This document shows positions 1-9,181 of a DNA stretch of 64,000 bases, piece after piece. Made by a program: the position numbers and the translations under genes. The stretch comes from a virus: the IMG/VR virus record IMGVR_UViG_3300035670_000030, positions 1-64,000 of that record; one strand, 5' to 3'. How positions within the stretch are numbered: position 1 is the first letter of the stretch; each line of letters opens with the position of its first letter. Below the pieces are notes generated by a model. It worked only from the letters and a program-made list of their open reading frames with translations. It made no database searches and was not told the origin of the DNA.

Positions 1-110
1 ATTTGTGAATGATATCGCCCTTGAACTTTAAACCAATTTTTAATAGCGTCTTTTAACTGACGATTCTCTTTCTCAAGTTTTGCAATTTTATCTGTAAGTT
101 CTTGATTCAT
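1..110 (-). CDS. hypothetical protein, runs off window edge (MNQELTDKIAKLEKENRQLKDAIKNWF...)
   Basis: Manual translation from ATG at 110; upstream TTGACA(154-149)-17-TATCCT(131-126). Confidence 0.7.
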   Translation of the reverse strand, partial: MNQELTDKIAKLEKENRQLKDAIKNWFKVQGRYHSQ

Positions 111-173
111 TAAAAAGGAAAATATAGGATATATTAATTTAATTTTTTTGTCAAGGGAAAAAGCGTATTCCAT

Positions 174-179
174 GTGTAA
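174..179 (+). promoter_or_regulatory. GTGTAA motif (putative phage late promoter) upstream of LAGLIDADG gene
   Basis: Same hexamer recurs upstream of ~13 other gene starts. Confidence 0.5.
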
Positions 180-201
180 GTATATGTAGGAAATAAGAAC
201 T

Positions 202-1104
202 ATGTACAAATATTATACTAAAGACGAAATAGAATTTATCAAAAATAATTATCCCAGTAAAGGTTCTGATTATTGCGCTTCAAAATTAAATAGAACACCT
301 AATGCAATCATAAAATGGTGCGTAAAAAATAATATTCGAGTTTCTGAAAAAAGATCCCGCGAAAGAATATTACAAAATATAAAAAAGGCACATGAAAAGT
401 CAAGAAATAAATCATATGATAAATTTAATATTAATCCTGAGTATTTTTTAAATCCTAAAACTAAAGAAGCTGCTTATATATTAGGGTTAATATGGGCTGA
501 TGGATGGATAAGAAATGAAGGTGTTGGATTAAGTAATTCAATTAATATATCCATGTGTAGTGAAGATTTAGATAATTTATTACCTATTTTTGATAAATCT
601 GGAAAATGGAATAAATATAAAATATCACAACCAAATCGGAAAATTCAAACCAAATTAGAAACGCAAAACCGAGTAATAGTAGAATTTTTAATAAAACATA
701 ATTATAATAATAAAAGTGGTGGTTCTCCAAATTCTATAATTAATTGTATTCCCAAAGATTTAATTCATTACTGGTTTCTTGGTTTGGTAGATGGGGACGG
801 ATGTTTTTATTATAATCGTGAATGTAACCAATTTTCAATTGTTTCAACTTATGATCAAGATTGGCAATTTATGATAGATTTGTTAGAGAAGCTGGGCGTT
901 AAAAAATATACAATTAAAAGACGCGAACAACTTAAACCAAACGGAGACATTCATCGTTCATCAATTATTCGAATTACTAATATCAATGATATTGTTACTT
1001 TTGGAAACTTTATATATCAAAATTATGAATTCGATAACATTGGATTATTAAGAAAATTTAATAAATTCAAATTAATACAATCAAAACGGATTGTTAGTAT
1101 TTGA
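202..1104 (+). CDS. free-standing double-motif LAGLIDADG homing endonuclease
   Basis: AYILGLIWADG and FLGLVDGDG motifs; N-terminal HTH-like segment. Confidence 0.85.
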   Translation: MYKYYTKDEIEFIKNNYPSKGSDYCASKLNRTPNAIIKWCVKNNIRVSEKRSRERILQNIKKAHEKSRNKSYDKFNINPEYFLNPKTKEAAYILGLIWADGWIRNEGVGLSNSINISMCSEDLDNLLPIFDKSGKWNKYKISQPNRKIQTKLETQNRVIVEFLIKHNYNNKSGGSPNSIINCIPKDLIHYWFLGLVDGDGCFYYNRECNQFSIVSTYDQDWQFMIDLLEKLGVKKYTIKRREQLKPNGDIHRSSIIRITNINDIVTFGNFIYQNYEFDNIGLLRKFNKFKLIQSKRIVSI

Positions 1105-1761
1105 AGTATGATGGTCGGTTTTAAATTCACTTTTATTTTTAACCAGATTTATTACTTCACCATAGGTAAGTGGATAAGGAGCCGCTTCTACGGAAACTTC
1201 AAGTACGCGACCGCCTTTTTCAAGATACATACGACCAAGTTCACTATTTGAAAGTGAACCATGCACATGTGAAAATAGCATAATTGAATTTTTGCTGGCA
1301 CCGTTCCACGAAAGTAGCGGGTAATGACTGGCCACGATAGCTTGTCCATTAACATAAGCCTCTAGATAATTTGGTACAAAAATAACTTCTTTTTTATAGC
1401 CATTTAGATAAAGAGTATTATCTTTAGAGCTTTCAAATGCCTGTTTCCACCCCGCCTGATGGTTCCCGCTCATAACAAACACGCGAGAAAAATTAAGACG
1501 ATTCATTAGCTTAACAAATTCTTCTTCGCCACCATATCCGAACATAATATCACCAAGAAGAAAGCCGACAGTTTTTTCTGTTGCTTTGCTGTTCCAATTA
1601 CGAATAATGCCTTCATCGTGCTCAGTAGAAGATTCATAGCCGCGCCGCTTCCAGATGGGAACTTCCCACTTGGGATTGTGCCGATAGTGCAGACACCCCC
1701 AAAAAAGAACCTCATGGTTTTTGGCTTCAACACGAACTGGCTGATAGAATAGACCTTTCAT
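1081..1761 (-). CDS. calcineurin-like metallophosphoesterase (motif I Asp replaced by Cys)
   Basis: GCLH, LGD, GNH, SHYP, SHVH motifs in canonical order. Confidence 0.8.
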   Translation of the reverse strand: MKGLFYQPVRVEAKNHEVLFWGCLHYRHNPKWEVPIWKRRGYESSTEHDEGIIRNWNSKATEKTVGFLLGDIMFGYGGEEEFVKLMNRLNFSRVFVMSGNHQAGWKQAFESSKDNTLYLNGYKKEVIFVPNYLEAYVNGQAIVASHYPLLSWNGASKNSIMLFSHVHGSLSNSELGRMYLEKGGRVLEVSVEAAPYPLTYGEVINLVKNKSEFKTDHHTSNTNNPF

Positions 1762-1767
1762 CCCATC

Positions 1768-1796
1768 ATATTAAATGATTTTTATAAGTAAGTCAA
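1768..1796 (-). promoter_or_regulatory. sigma70-type promoter, likely leaderless transcript
   Basis: TTGACT-17-TAATAT, 6 nt before ATG 1761. Confidence 0.75.
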
Positions 1797-2173
1797 TAAA
1801 GATTGTGTTCTTGAGCTATCTTTGTAAGCTCATCCAAGGCACTTTTCTGTTTAAAAATATTACCAACGACTTCAACAGATTCCCAATAATCAAGAAGTTC
1901 TTCCATTATTACGAAAGCGTTATCAACTGTAACACCAAACGATGCTCTATCGTTAAACCACCTTACATGACCAGTAAAAGTTGTTTTGGGAGTATAGGCA
2001 AAATTGATGAAGTCACCTTCATAAATCTCTTTCCCATCTTTGTCTTTAAGCCCTGTGTATTGTTGCGGGTGAGAAACTCCACCATAAATACCAGAAGGAT
2101 AATTATAAATATCAAAATGTATAAAACTTTTATTAAGATTATCCCAAACTCTAAATTTTAATTCACGACTCAT
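1793..2173 (-). CDS. YopX family protein
   Basis: RELKFRVWD...QQYTGLKDKDGKEIYEGD...EVVGNIF; start moved to ATG 2173. Confidence 0.85.
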   Translation of the reverse strand: MSRELKFRVWDNLNKSFIHFDIYNYPSGIYGGVSHPQQYTGLKDKDGKEIYEGDFINFAYTPKTTFTGHVRWFNDRASFGVTVDNAFVIMEELLDYWESVEVVGNIFKQKSALDELTKIAQEHNLY

Positions 2174-2561
2174 TTTTAGGTAAAACTTCCACTTTGACAG
2201 GAACAACTCCAGCTTTGGTCATTTCTATTTTCCGCGCTGCCGCAATGCTCAAATCAATAATTCGTCCTTTAATGTATGGGCCACGATTATTAATGCGAAC
2301 TACAACTGATTTATTATTACGCAAATTGGTAACACGTACTCTTGTATTAAATGGCAATGTTTTATGTGCGGCTGTAACATCATTGGCGCGATAGATTTCT
2401 CCATTAGCCGTCTTACGGCCAATCCATTTGCCATAATAATAGGATGCTTTGCCATGCAAAACTTTTGTAGGCTTTTCTACCGGAAGAATTTCTGGTTTTG
2501 ACTCTTTAGTTTCTGGAAAAAATGGCATTGCCATCGCCATGAATATTGATAGTATTTTCAT
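2163..2561 (-). CDS. rlpA: RlpA-like lytic transglycosylase (double-psi beta-barrel)
   Basis: GKASYYG..TANGE..TAAHKTLPF..VRINNRGPY..IIDLS; N-terminal signal-like segment. Confidence 0.9.
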   Translation of the reverse strand: MKILSIFMAMAMPFFPETKESKPEILPVEKPTKVLHGKASYYYGKWIGRKTANGEIYRANDVTAAHKTLPFNTRVRVTNLRNNKSVVVRINNRGPYIKGRIIDLSIAAARKIEMTKAGVVPVKVEVLPKNES

Positions 2562-2562
2562 A

Positions 2563-3201
2563 TTAATTAAATCGTTTTGCAGCGTATTTATAAATTTGAC
2601 TGTATTCTTTTAATTGTTTAAAATTAATACCCCTGTTGAATCTAGATTCTTCATATCCATATTGAAGATAGGCTTGGATCTCATCGTTTACAACTTTTGT
2701 AGCATACCCCATTGCAAGAATATTCTTTTTAAAAGCATCATAATATTTTTTGGGTAACCCTTTTGTAAGATCATCCATTTGTTTTTTATAATTTTTATTA
2801 GTATGATAAAGAGCGTGACAAATTTCGTGTTTAAAAGTGGTTCCTGTTGTATTTCCACATCCAATAACATATCCATTATTTGGCAAAATCTTGTTCAAAA
2901 TTTGGTCCATTACTTTATCGTATGGGGTTTCTATTTTGTTTAATTTTGTATAACATTCTTTTAAAACTGGAATGGGAATATTAAATCCCGACCAGTCGCC
3001 ACCATAACTAAAACCATGGCCATTTTGTTCGTGATACCACTTCATGTAATCCCAAATAGAAAATTCTTTACCACGAAATTTTCTACTTGGACTCTCATAA
3101 TATTCTTGTGCGCGACAAAAAAGCATGGCACGATCATACCTATCTTTGACAATGACCGCAAAGATATTTGGAATTACTTCTTTAAGCTGATACTTTATCA
3201 T
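2563..3201 (-). CDS. hypothetical protein with HExxH motif
   Basis: KHEICHALY. Confidence 0.65.
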   Translation of the reverse strand: MIKYQLKEVIPNIFAVIVKDRYDRAMLFCRAQEYYESPSRKFRGKEFSIWDYMKWYHEQNGHGFSYGGDWSGFNIPIPVLKECYTKLNKIETPYDKVMDQILNKILPNNGYVIGCGNTTGTTFKHEICHALYHTNKNYKKQMDDLTKGLPKKYYDAFKKNILAMGYATKVVNDEIQAYLQYGYEESRFNRGINFKQLKEYSQIYKYAAKRFN

Positions 3202-3568
3202 ATTTTTCTAGATTGTTATGCCCAACGACCTCTAATGATTCTACATCTATTTTATCAAGAATTTGATGACCATCCTTGCCAAAGAAAAATCCGGCATATT
3301 CTTCATCATAATAAACTTCACAATTTTTATATTCGATTATGTCTGGATCACCAAGCTCAACAGTATAATTGCAAGAAAAATTAATCAAATCGCCTTCGTA
3401 GATTTCTTTACCATTCTTGTCGATCAATCCGGTAAATTGCTGTGGAACGAGAGTATCGAAATCTTTCTCGTCAAAAAGCTCGTCCACATAACCATTGTAT
3501 TTATAGTCATGCACGAATGCTTTCCCAGCGGGGCACCAAAAGCGAAATTTAATTGTTCTATTTTTCAT
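3182..3568 (-). CDS. YopX family protein
   Basis: IKFRFW...QQFTGLIDKNGKEIYEGD...EVVGH. Confidence 0.85.
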   Translation of the reverse strand: MKNRTIKFRFWCPAGKAFVHDYKYNGYVDELFDEKDFDTLVPQQFTGLIDKNGKEIYEGDLINFSCNYTVELGDPDIIEYKNCEVYYDEEYAGFFFGKDGHQILDKIDVESLEVVGHNNLEKYDKVSA

Positions 3569-3863
3569 TCTCTAAATATCCTGGGCCACACAATTCCCCA
3601 TTAGAAATTTTGCCGCCATATCTTTTAATAACGGCTTCGATTTCTTTTTGAATATCAAGCATACACCAGTTTTCAGTAAGATCTAGATCATACTGATACT
3701 TGGCCCATCCATCATCAAGAGTCATCACAAACTTGTGAGGTTCGCCAGATTTCAAATGCTTTTCTCTTTCAAATTGTTTCATGACGTAATCAGCAATTTT
3801 TTGCTTTTGCTGTCTTAAATCTTTTATTTCTTCTTCTGTTAAATCATATGGTAATTTTCTCAT
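3558..3863 (-). CDS. hypothetical protein
   Basis: ORF coupled to neighbours by overlaps. Confidence 0.7.
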   Translation of the reverse strand: MRKLPYDLTEEEIKDLRQQKQKIADYVMKQFEREKHLKSGEPHKFVMTLDDGWAKYQYDLDLTENWCMLDIQKEIEAVIKRYGGKISNGELCGPGYLENEK

Positions 3864-4108
3864 TTAACAAAATCAGCATAATCAAGACCAGCTTCATTCA
3901 AAAATTCATCAAATGAAATAGTATTGTCGTCGCAATTATAGATATAGTCAAACAACCAGTTAGTGCCAGCTTCATCGAGCCGAAGGTCTTTTACCAGCTT
4001 TTCAAATTTGTTATTAACAATCTCGTTGATTTCACGGATAAACTCGCGCTCTTTATAGATAACGTCTTCGGGATGGCGGCCATCTTGGGTATAATAGCTT
4101 TTGTTCAT
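3860..4108 (-). CDS. hypothetical protein
   Basis: ORF directly behind a consensus promoter. Confidence 0.75.
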   Translation of the reverse strand: MNKSYYTQDGRHPEDVIYKEREFIREINEIVNNKFEKLVKDLRLDEAGTNWLFDYIYNCDDNTISFDEFLNEAGLDYADFVK

Positions 4109-4114
4109 GATTGA

Positions 4115-4143
4115 ATATTAATGGATTTTAATAGATTTGTCAA
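4115..4143 (-). promoter_or_regulatory. sigma70-type promoter, likely leaderless
   Basis: TTGACA-17-TAATAT, 6 nt before ATG 4108. Confidence 0.8.
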
Positions 4144-4189
4144 CAACTTTTATATTTTTCTCAAAAAAATAAGTGTAATAATACTGGAA

Positions 4190-5389
4190 ATGATTTTTAA
4201 AGGCGATAGTAGTGTAAATAATAAAATTAGTTTTAAAACTGGTACTGGGGCAAAAATTATCTTTACCAGTTCTGGGCCAATCGTTCCCGCTGTCGATCCA
4301 TATCTTTCTGTCTTTAATGATGATGGAAGCCTTTTTAATTTTTATGATGGAGAAACAGAAGTAATTGTTTCTTCAATGGCAGAATATAACTGCGATCCAG
4401 TTGGATTATCTGGAGGTTCTTCTGTAACAAATCTTTTGTTTTATAGTTGTGCGCCTAACACTCCATTTTCAATACTAGATACTTCTGACCTTACGGCTTT
4501 AACAAGTCTTGAATTTACGACTTGTGGGTTTCTTAGTAATTTTTCATTATTAGATACTTCAGGTCTTACATCTTTACAAAATCTTTTGTTTAGCAATTGT
4601 GGCTATGGTGGGTTTGTGTCTACTGGTGTATTCTCCCTACCAGATACTTCTGGTCTTACTGCTCTCACGAATCTTTCGTTTACGGCTTGCGGATTTAGTG
4701 ATTTTTCACTACCAGATACTTCTGGTCTTACGGCTCTAACAAACCTTTCATTTAATTCTTGTGGATATAGTATTTTTTCCTTGCCAGATACTTCAGGTCT
4801 TACGAGTCTTATAAATCTTTCGATTAATAATTGTGGGTATTATGGTAATTTTTCACTAGACACTTCTGGCCTTACAGCTTTAACAAGTCTTTATTTTGAA
4901 AACTGCGGGCTCAGTAATCTTAGCATATTCTCCCCGTTACCAGATACTTCTAGTCTTACTTCTCTTACAAATCTTTCGTTTATTAATTGTGGAAGTAACA
5001 GCTTTGAGTTTTCTGACACTTCTGGTCTTATAGCTTTAACAAGTCTTTCGTTTAATCAATGTAGTCTTAATGGTAGTTTTTCTATATCAGATACATCTGG
5101 TCTTACTTCTCTTACAAGTCTTTCGTTTAGTTACTGTGGATATTTTGGTACCTTTTCATTACCAAATACTGCCATAAAAGTAGGCACTCTAAGTTCTTTA
5201 ACTTCTTTATTAATTCAAAATTGCGGAGCAACCATTCAAGAAGCTGAAATTCTTTTAATACTTGAAGCTCTGGACACAGCAGGGAATTCAAACGGAACTG
5301 TTACTATTAACAGGATATCTGGTACAGACACTCTCGCTACAGTAATAGCAAGTCTAGAGGGCAAAGGTTGGACTATATCCATAACTTAA
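4190..5389 (+). CDS. leucine-rich-repeat protein, probably virion/surface
   Basis: 9 DTSxLxxLxxLxFxxC repeats plus 2 degenerate; C-terminal cap ending GKGWTISIT; start moved to ATG 4190 behind GTGTAA(4173). Confidence 0.8.
   Translation: MIFKGDSSVNNKISFKTGTGAKIIFTSSGPIVPAVDPYLSVFNDDGSLFNFYDGETEVIVSSMAEYNCDPVGLSGGSSVTNLLFYSCAPNTPFSILDTSDLTALTSLEFTTCGFLSNFSLLDTSGLTSLQNLLFSNCGYGGFVSTGVFSLPDTSGLTALTNLSFTACGFSDFSLPDTSGLTALTNLSFNSCGYSIFSLPDTSGLTSLINLSINNCGYYGNFSLDTSGLTALTSLYFENCGLSNLSIFSPLPDTSSLTSLTNLSFINCGSNSFEFSDTSGLIALTSLSFNQCSLNGSFSISDTSGLTSLTSLSFSYCGYFGTFSLPNTAIKVGTLSSLTSLLIQNCGATIQEAEILLILEALDTAGNSNGTVTINRISGTDTLATVIASLEGKGWTISIT
4478..5160 (+). repeat. tandem ~72-90 bp coding repeats (GATACTTCTGGTCTTAC...)
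   Basis: DNA-level repeats visible at about 4478, 4553, 4643, 4715, 4787, 4859, 4943, 5015, 5090. Confidence 0.85.
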
Positions 5390-5425
5390 ATTTGATTTAT
5401 TATAAATTTTAAGTAAAATATATAG

Positions 5426-6220
5426 ATGAAAAAAGTACATTTTGTGTCCGGTTTACCCCGTTCTTGTTCTACGTTGCTTTGTAATCTTTTAGCTCAAAAT
5501 CCCAGAGTTCATAGTACTGGTTCTTCCCCTTTACATGAAATTGGTTATGTAGCAAGGAATGTCTTTAAAACTGATGAAGTTAAAGGTATGCAGCCCCTTG
5601 ATGCTGAAAAAATGTATTTAGATTACGTTAGGGGTGGTATTCAAAGTGCTTTTGATTCTTTAACTGACAGGCCCGTAGTAGTTGATAAGAATCGCTCATG
5701 GGTTGGGCATTTAGATCAGTTATTTAAAATATTTCCAGATGCGAAAGTTCTTGTTCCTGTAAGAGATGTTAGGGGCATTATCTCGTCAATGGAGAAAAAG
5801 TTCAGACAGCACCCATCCCCTATCAATGGTCCCGAAGGACAAAACCCTCAAACATGGACTACAGTAGAAAAAAGAGCACAGGCATGGCTTTCAAGTCCAC
5901 CCGTCGGTATTGCTATTGAAAGACTGCATGAAGCTGTTTCAAGATTTAAAGATAAATTATTATTCGTTCATGCTGAAGATTTGACCTCAGAACCAAAAGA
6001 AACTATGGAAAGAGTTTGGGAATATCTTGAAGAAAAACCTTTCAAACATGACTTCAACAATGTCGAACAATATACCATAGAACACGAAGTTGGTTGGCCT
6101 TATGGTGATCATAGAATTAGAAAAGAAGTAAAATCTTTAGAGAAAGATTGGCATGATATTTTGGGCAAACAATTTTCTGATGCTATTGGGCAAAAATTTG
6201 AGTGGATTCGTAACTTATAA
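5426..6220 (+). CDS. sulfotransferase family protein
   Basis: PAPS-loop SGLPRSCSTLL; VDKNRSW; VRDVRGIISS. Confidence 0.85.
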   Translation: MKKVHFVSGLPRSCSTLLCNLLAQNPRVHSTGSSPLHEIGYVARNVFKTDEVKGMQPLDAEKMYLDYVRGGIQSAFDSLTDRPVVVDKNRSWVGHLDQLFKIFPDAKVLVPVRDVRGIISSMEKKFRQHPSPINGPEGQNPQTWTTVEKRAQAWLSSPPVGIAIERLHEAVSRFKDKLLFVHAEDLTSEPKETMERVWEYLEEKPFKHDFNNVEQYTIEHEVGWPYGDHRIRKEVKSLEKDWHDILGKQFSDAIGQKFEWIRNL

Positions 6221-6236
6221 GTGTAATATATAAAAT

Positions 6237-6476
6237 ATGGCAAATCCTATACAATTAGAAATTATTGAGCCACAACCAATTCCTGCGCCGCCAACACCGC
6301 CTGTAATGGCACGTTCTCAAATTAGTGCTGAACAATTAGGGGCATTAATTAATCTAATTGCCGCTGCTGATCCTGCTATTATTGTTTTGCCTTCTGGCAA
6401 ACAATTTTCAGACGTTAAAGGTTTTAATGTCGCAGTATTACCTAATGGTAATGGAATGGTTAATGTAAGATTTTAA
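6237..6476 (+). CDS. hypothetical Pro-rich protein
   Basis: ATG 10 nt after GTGTAA(6221). Confidence 0.75.
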   Translation: MANPIQLEIIEPQPIPAPPTPPVMARSQISAEQLGALINLIAAADPAIIVLPSGKQFSDVKGFNVAVLPNGNGMVNVRF

Positions 6477-6868
6477 TTTATATTAATTTCAAATTCATTC
6501 TGCCTGTTAAGGCAAGCTACTAGATATTCTGCGTTCTCAAAAGAATTGCCAACAACTTCCACGTCACCGAATTTGTAAAAAACGTCATGGAACCACCAAA
6601 ATTTTAGCGTTGAAACATTTTCAAGTTTCCACAGCATATAAGATCCATAACGAAAACGAACAAGATAATTTTGGCCTTCATAATTGACAATATCACCAAC
6701 AAAAATATCCTGTAAATTCTTATCGCAAACTCCAGTGTATTCTTGTGGGGCGGTTGCATTAATTCCTTTAAGCGGATATCCTTCAAACATATCCCATTTG
6801 TAAAGTGTTTTGTCGTCGCGGTTAAATGCGCGAAAACGAACTAAATATCTTGTTTTATTCTGTTCCAT
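6473..6868 (-). CDS. YopX family protein (divergent)
   Basis: VRFRAF...EYTGVCDKNLQDIFVGD...EVVGNSFEN. Confidence 0.75.
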   Translation of the reverse strand: MEQNKTRYLVRFRAFNRDDKTLYKWDMFEGYPLKGINATAPQEYTGVCDKNLQDIFVGDIVNYEGQNYLVRFRYGSYMLWKLENVSTLKFWWFHDVFYKFGDVEVVGNSFENAEYLVACLNRQNEFEININ

Positions 6869-7077
6869 TATTTTCCTGATTTAACATTAGCAAATAGCAA
6901 ATTGCACAAAATATACAATACTGCTCCATCTACCCAGTCAATCCTTGTTAATCCAAACACTTTGGGACAAAACAAGTTCCAAAGCAATGAAACTGGAATT
7001 CCCATGATAAAAGAGGTTATAATGACAACCGCGACTCCAACTAAAAACGTCATACTTAATTCTACAAATGTTTTCAT
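6868..7077 (-). CDS. small membrane protein
   Basis: Two hydrophobic segments; LWN..P..FGL..I. Confidence 0.7.
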   Translation of the reverse strand: MKTFVELSMTFLVGVAVVIITSFIMGIPVSLLWNLFCPKVFGLTRIDWVDGAVLYILCNLLFANVKSGK

Positions 7078-7081
7078 ATTA

Positions 7082-7330
7082 TTAAATCCACTTGTTTAAA
7101 TTAATGATTGTATCGTGCAACCATTTATTGCAGAAATCTTGAGCTTCTTTCAAATCATAAAAAACGATTGGAGCAATTGGGTAGTCTTCTCCATGTCCAT
7201 AATAAACATATGCTTGGTACTCACTTTTTGCAAGTTGCTCGATAGAAAATTGCCATCCTGTAGACTTAATTTCAGCCATCCAGAAGGTCAAATCATCATA
7301 TTTTTTCTTTTTCCAAGTTAGTTTTTTCAT
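7082..7330 (-). CDS. hypothetical protein
   Basis: ORF in tight operon. Confidence 0.7.
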   Translation of the reverse strand: MKKLTWKKKKYDDLTFWMAEIKSTGWQFSIEQLAKSEYQAYVYYGHGEDYPIAPIVFYDLKEAQDFCNKWLHDTIINLNKWI

Positions 7331-7683
7331 TATGATTCGAATGTGCTAATTTTAACTTTAAAACCACCAGCTTTACGATACTCTTCATTCGCCTCACCAA
7401 GTTCAAACCAAGAGTCTTCAAATTTTTGAGCAGAATTACTAAATTCTTGCATGTTAAGATCGTCTCCTTTAATTTTACTGAGTTGATCTGCTTGTTCAAA
7501 ATCTAAATCAATGGGCATGCCATCCCAAGTATCAAATCCTGCAATATAGTTAAGAAATTCTTCTTCACTATTTCCAGTATAAGGATTTTCTTCTAGATTA
7601 CGAAAAGCTTCATCATCAAGTTCTACAATATCACTTGATAGATAAAGAGTTACATTTTCACGTTTACGGATTTGGTATTTCAT
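7330..7683 (-). CDS. hypothetical acidic protein
   Basis: ORF in tight operon. Confidence 0.7.
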   Translation of the reverse strand: MKYQIRKRENVTLYLSSDIVELDDEAFRNLEENPYTGNSEEEFLNYIAGFDTWDGMPIDLDFEQADQLSKIKGDDLNMQEFSNSAQKFEDSWFELGEANEEYRKAGGFKVKISTFES

Positions 7684-7692
7684 AAATTATAT

Positions 7693-8208
7693 TTATTTTT
7701 TAAAATCTTTCATATCAAGAAGTGCATTTTGTGGAACAAACCACGCTGGACGGACGACTCTTGGATTTTTATACATAGATTTAATTTTTTGTTCTGATCT
7801 AAAATATTCTTCTTTCATAACATCTTTTCCTTTTGACCAGCCAATTAACTTAACAGCTTTATAATCGACAGTACAAAAAATATATCTTCTTTCCGGATCA
7901 TCATTATCTCTTAAAATTAAATGCCCATCAAGTTTATTCGTTGCTCTTGATTCAACATCTTTTCCGGCATCTGCTACATTATGATAAGTATTAACCAATG
8001 GATCGGAATTAATATTCAAAAAATCTAAAACGGCCAACTCTCCAAGAACTCCAACTACTTCTTGCGTCATTCGTTCATTGAAATTTCTTTTATATGTCGT
8101 TGCATGATTTAAATTTTTCTTTTCGCTTTCGAACATTCGAATATAAGAATGTTCTACTGCTTTCATCATACGTTCAAAATTTAACTGCCATGAATAAGTT
8201 GTTTTCAT
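7693..8208 (-). CDS. hypothetical protein, possible PD-(D/E)xK-fold nuclease
   Basis: GVLGELAV...DAGKDVESRAT; start moved to ATG 8208 (TAATG overlap). Confidence 0.5.
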   Translation of the reverse strand: MKTTYSWQLNFERMMKAVEHSYIRMFESEKKNLNHATTYKRNFNERMTQEVVGVLGELAVLDFLNINSDPLVNTYHNVADAGKDVESRATNKLDGHLILRDNDDPERRYIFCTVDYKAVKLIGWSKGKDVMKEEYFRSEQKIKSMYKNPRVVRPAWFVPQNALLDMKDFKK

Positions 8209-8621
8209 TACCCAATTGTACAAGTATCAAAATCAATTAATACTGGCTTTCCGTTTACTTTTCCCACATTGTCTCCAAAGAGATCATAAGTAGACCAACC
8301 CATTTTGGCAACATTATGCCTAATTTCTGCAAGCTCTTCTCGATTTACAACATTTTTACCTTGCACCGCGTGTTCAGTCACATAATAAAAATAATCTTTT
8401 TTCTTTCCTTTAAAAAGTGCTTTTGGGCCAAATCCTGCAAAATGTGCCGCACTTTGACGAAAGAAACATTCTTCCATAGCGCGCCGTTTTTTGTAAAATT
8501 TAACTCCATATTTGCCAGTAATTTGAACATAATAATGCACTGTTGCACTATAAGTTCTTTTATGCTTTCTAAAATTAATTTTAGAAATTAAATTAAGGAG
8601 TTTTTTGTGTGTTTTTTTCAT
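8208..8621 (-). CDS. miniature protein-kinase-like protein
   Basis: YGVKFY (beta3 Lys), GPK, DLFGDNVG (catalytic loop), VLIDFD (DFG-like). Confidence 0.65.
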   Translation of the reverse strand: MKKTHKKLLNLISKINFRKHKRTYSATVHYYVQITGKYGVKFYKKRRAMEECFFRQSAAHFAGFGPKALFKGKKKDYFYYVTEHAVQGKNVVNREELAEIRHNVAKMGWSTYDLFGDNVGKVNGKPVLIDFDTCTIG

Positions 8622-8947
8622 TCTGTAATAAAAATAACTTTGTTTTTACCACTAAAATATTCTTCCACAGAAATGGGGGCATCTTTTAAATCATATTTTT
8701 TACCTGTCCATTTACAATCTCGATCATAGGCAGTAGCTTCTTCAAGAGAAGAATATTCTTCATAAATAAAATCTTCTCCGCAGCATTTACAGGTAACATT
8801 GTCAGGATCATGTTTAAACAATTCTTTAAAAGTACGAATCGCTTCTCCAATTGGCTCGTCGATATAGATATGAGTATATGGTGTTTTTAAATGTCCACCA
8901 CTATGCATATCCATAAAACGTGTTACTGGTTTATTTTTTATCTTCAT
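8618..8947 (-). CDS. hypothetical protein with CxCC motif
   Basis: DMHSGG...VTCKCCGED. Confidence 0.7.
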   Translation of the reverse strand: MKIKNKPVTRFMDMHSGGHLKTPYTHIYIDEPIGEAIRTFKELFKHDPDNVTCKCCGEDFIYEEYSSLEEATAYDRDCKWTGKKYDLKDAPISVEEYFSGKNKVIFITE

Positions 8948-9113
8948 ATAGTATTTCTGTCTTTACAATTCTAAATTTTACTCCTAATTTGTGTTCTTTA
9001 TAGGAGTTTATTTCTTTTTGTGCCGATTGTAAAGAAGAATATTTATCAAAATTATGTGGAGACCATACTTTAAATAATTTATTTCGATAAAAAATTTGAT
9101 AATAAAGCTTCAT
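8931..9113 (-). CDS. hypothetical protein
   Basis: First gene behind TTGGCT(9151)-17-TATGAT(9128). Confidence 0.6.
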   Translation of the reverse strand: MKLYYQIFYRNKLFKVWSPHNFDKYSSLQSAQKEINSYKEHKLGVKFRIVKTEILYEDKK

Positions 9114-9181
9114 AAGGTTCCTATCATAGTATTTTTTTAAAAAAAAGCCAATTTATTAATTAAATATGTGTAATTTATAGT

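Noticed and set aside
4121-4189. N-terminal extension of the LRR ORF
   Set aside because: Overlaps the divergent promoter and the GTGTAA motif; ATG 4190 fits better
4478-5160. CRISPR array or DGR template/variable repeat
   Set aside because: Repeats are in-frame coding units with synonymous variation; no adenine-specific pattern noticed and no reverse transcriptase or cas operon in the window
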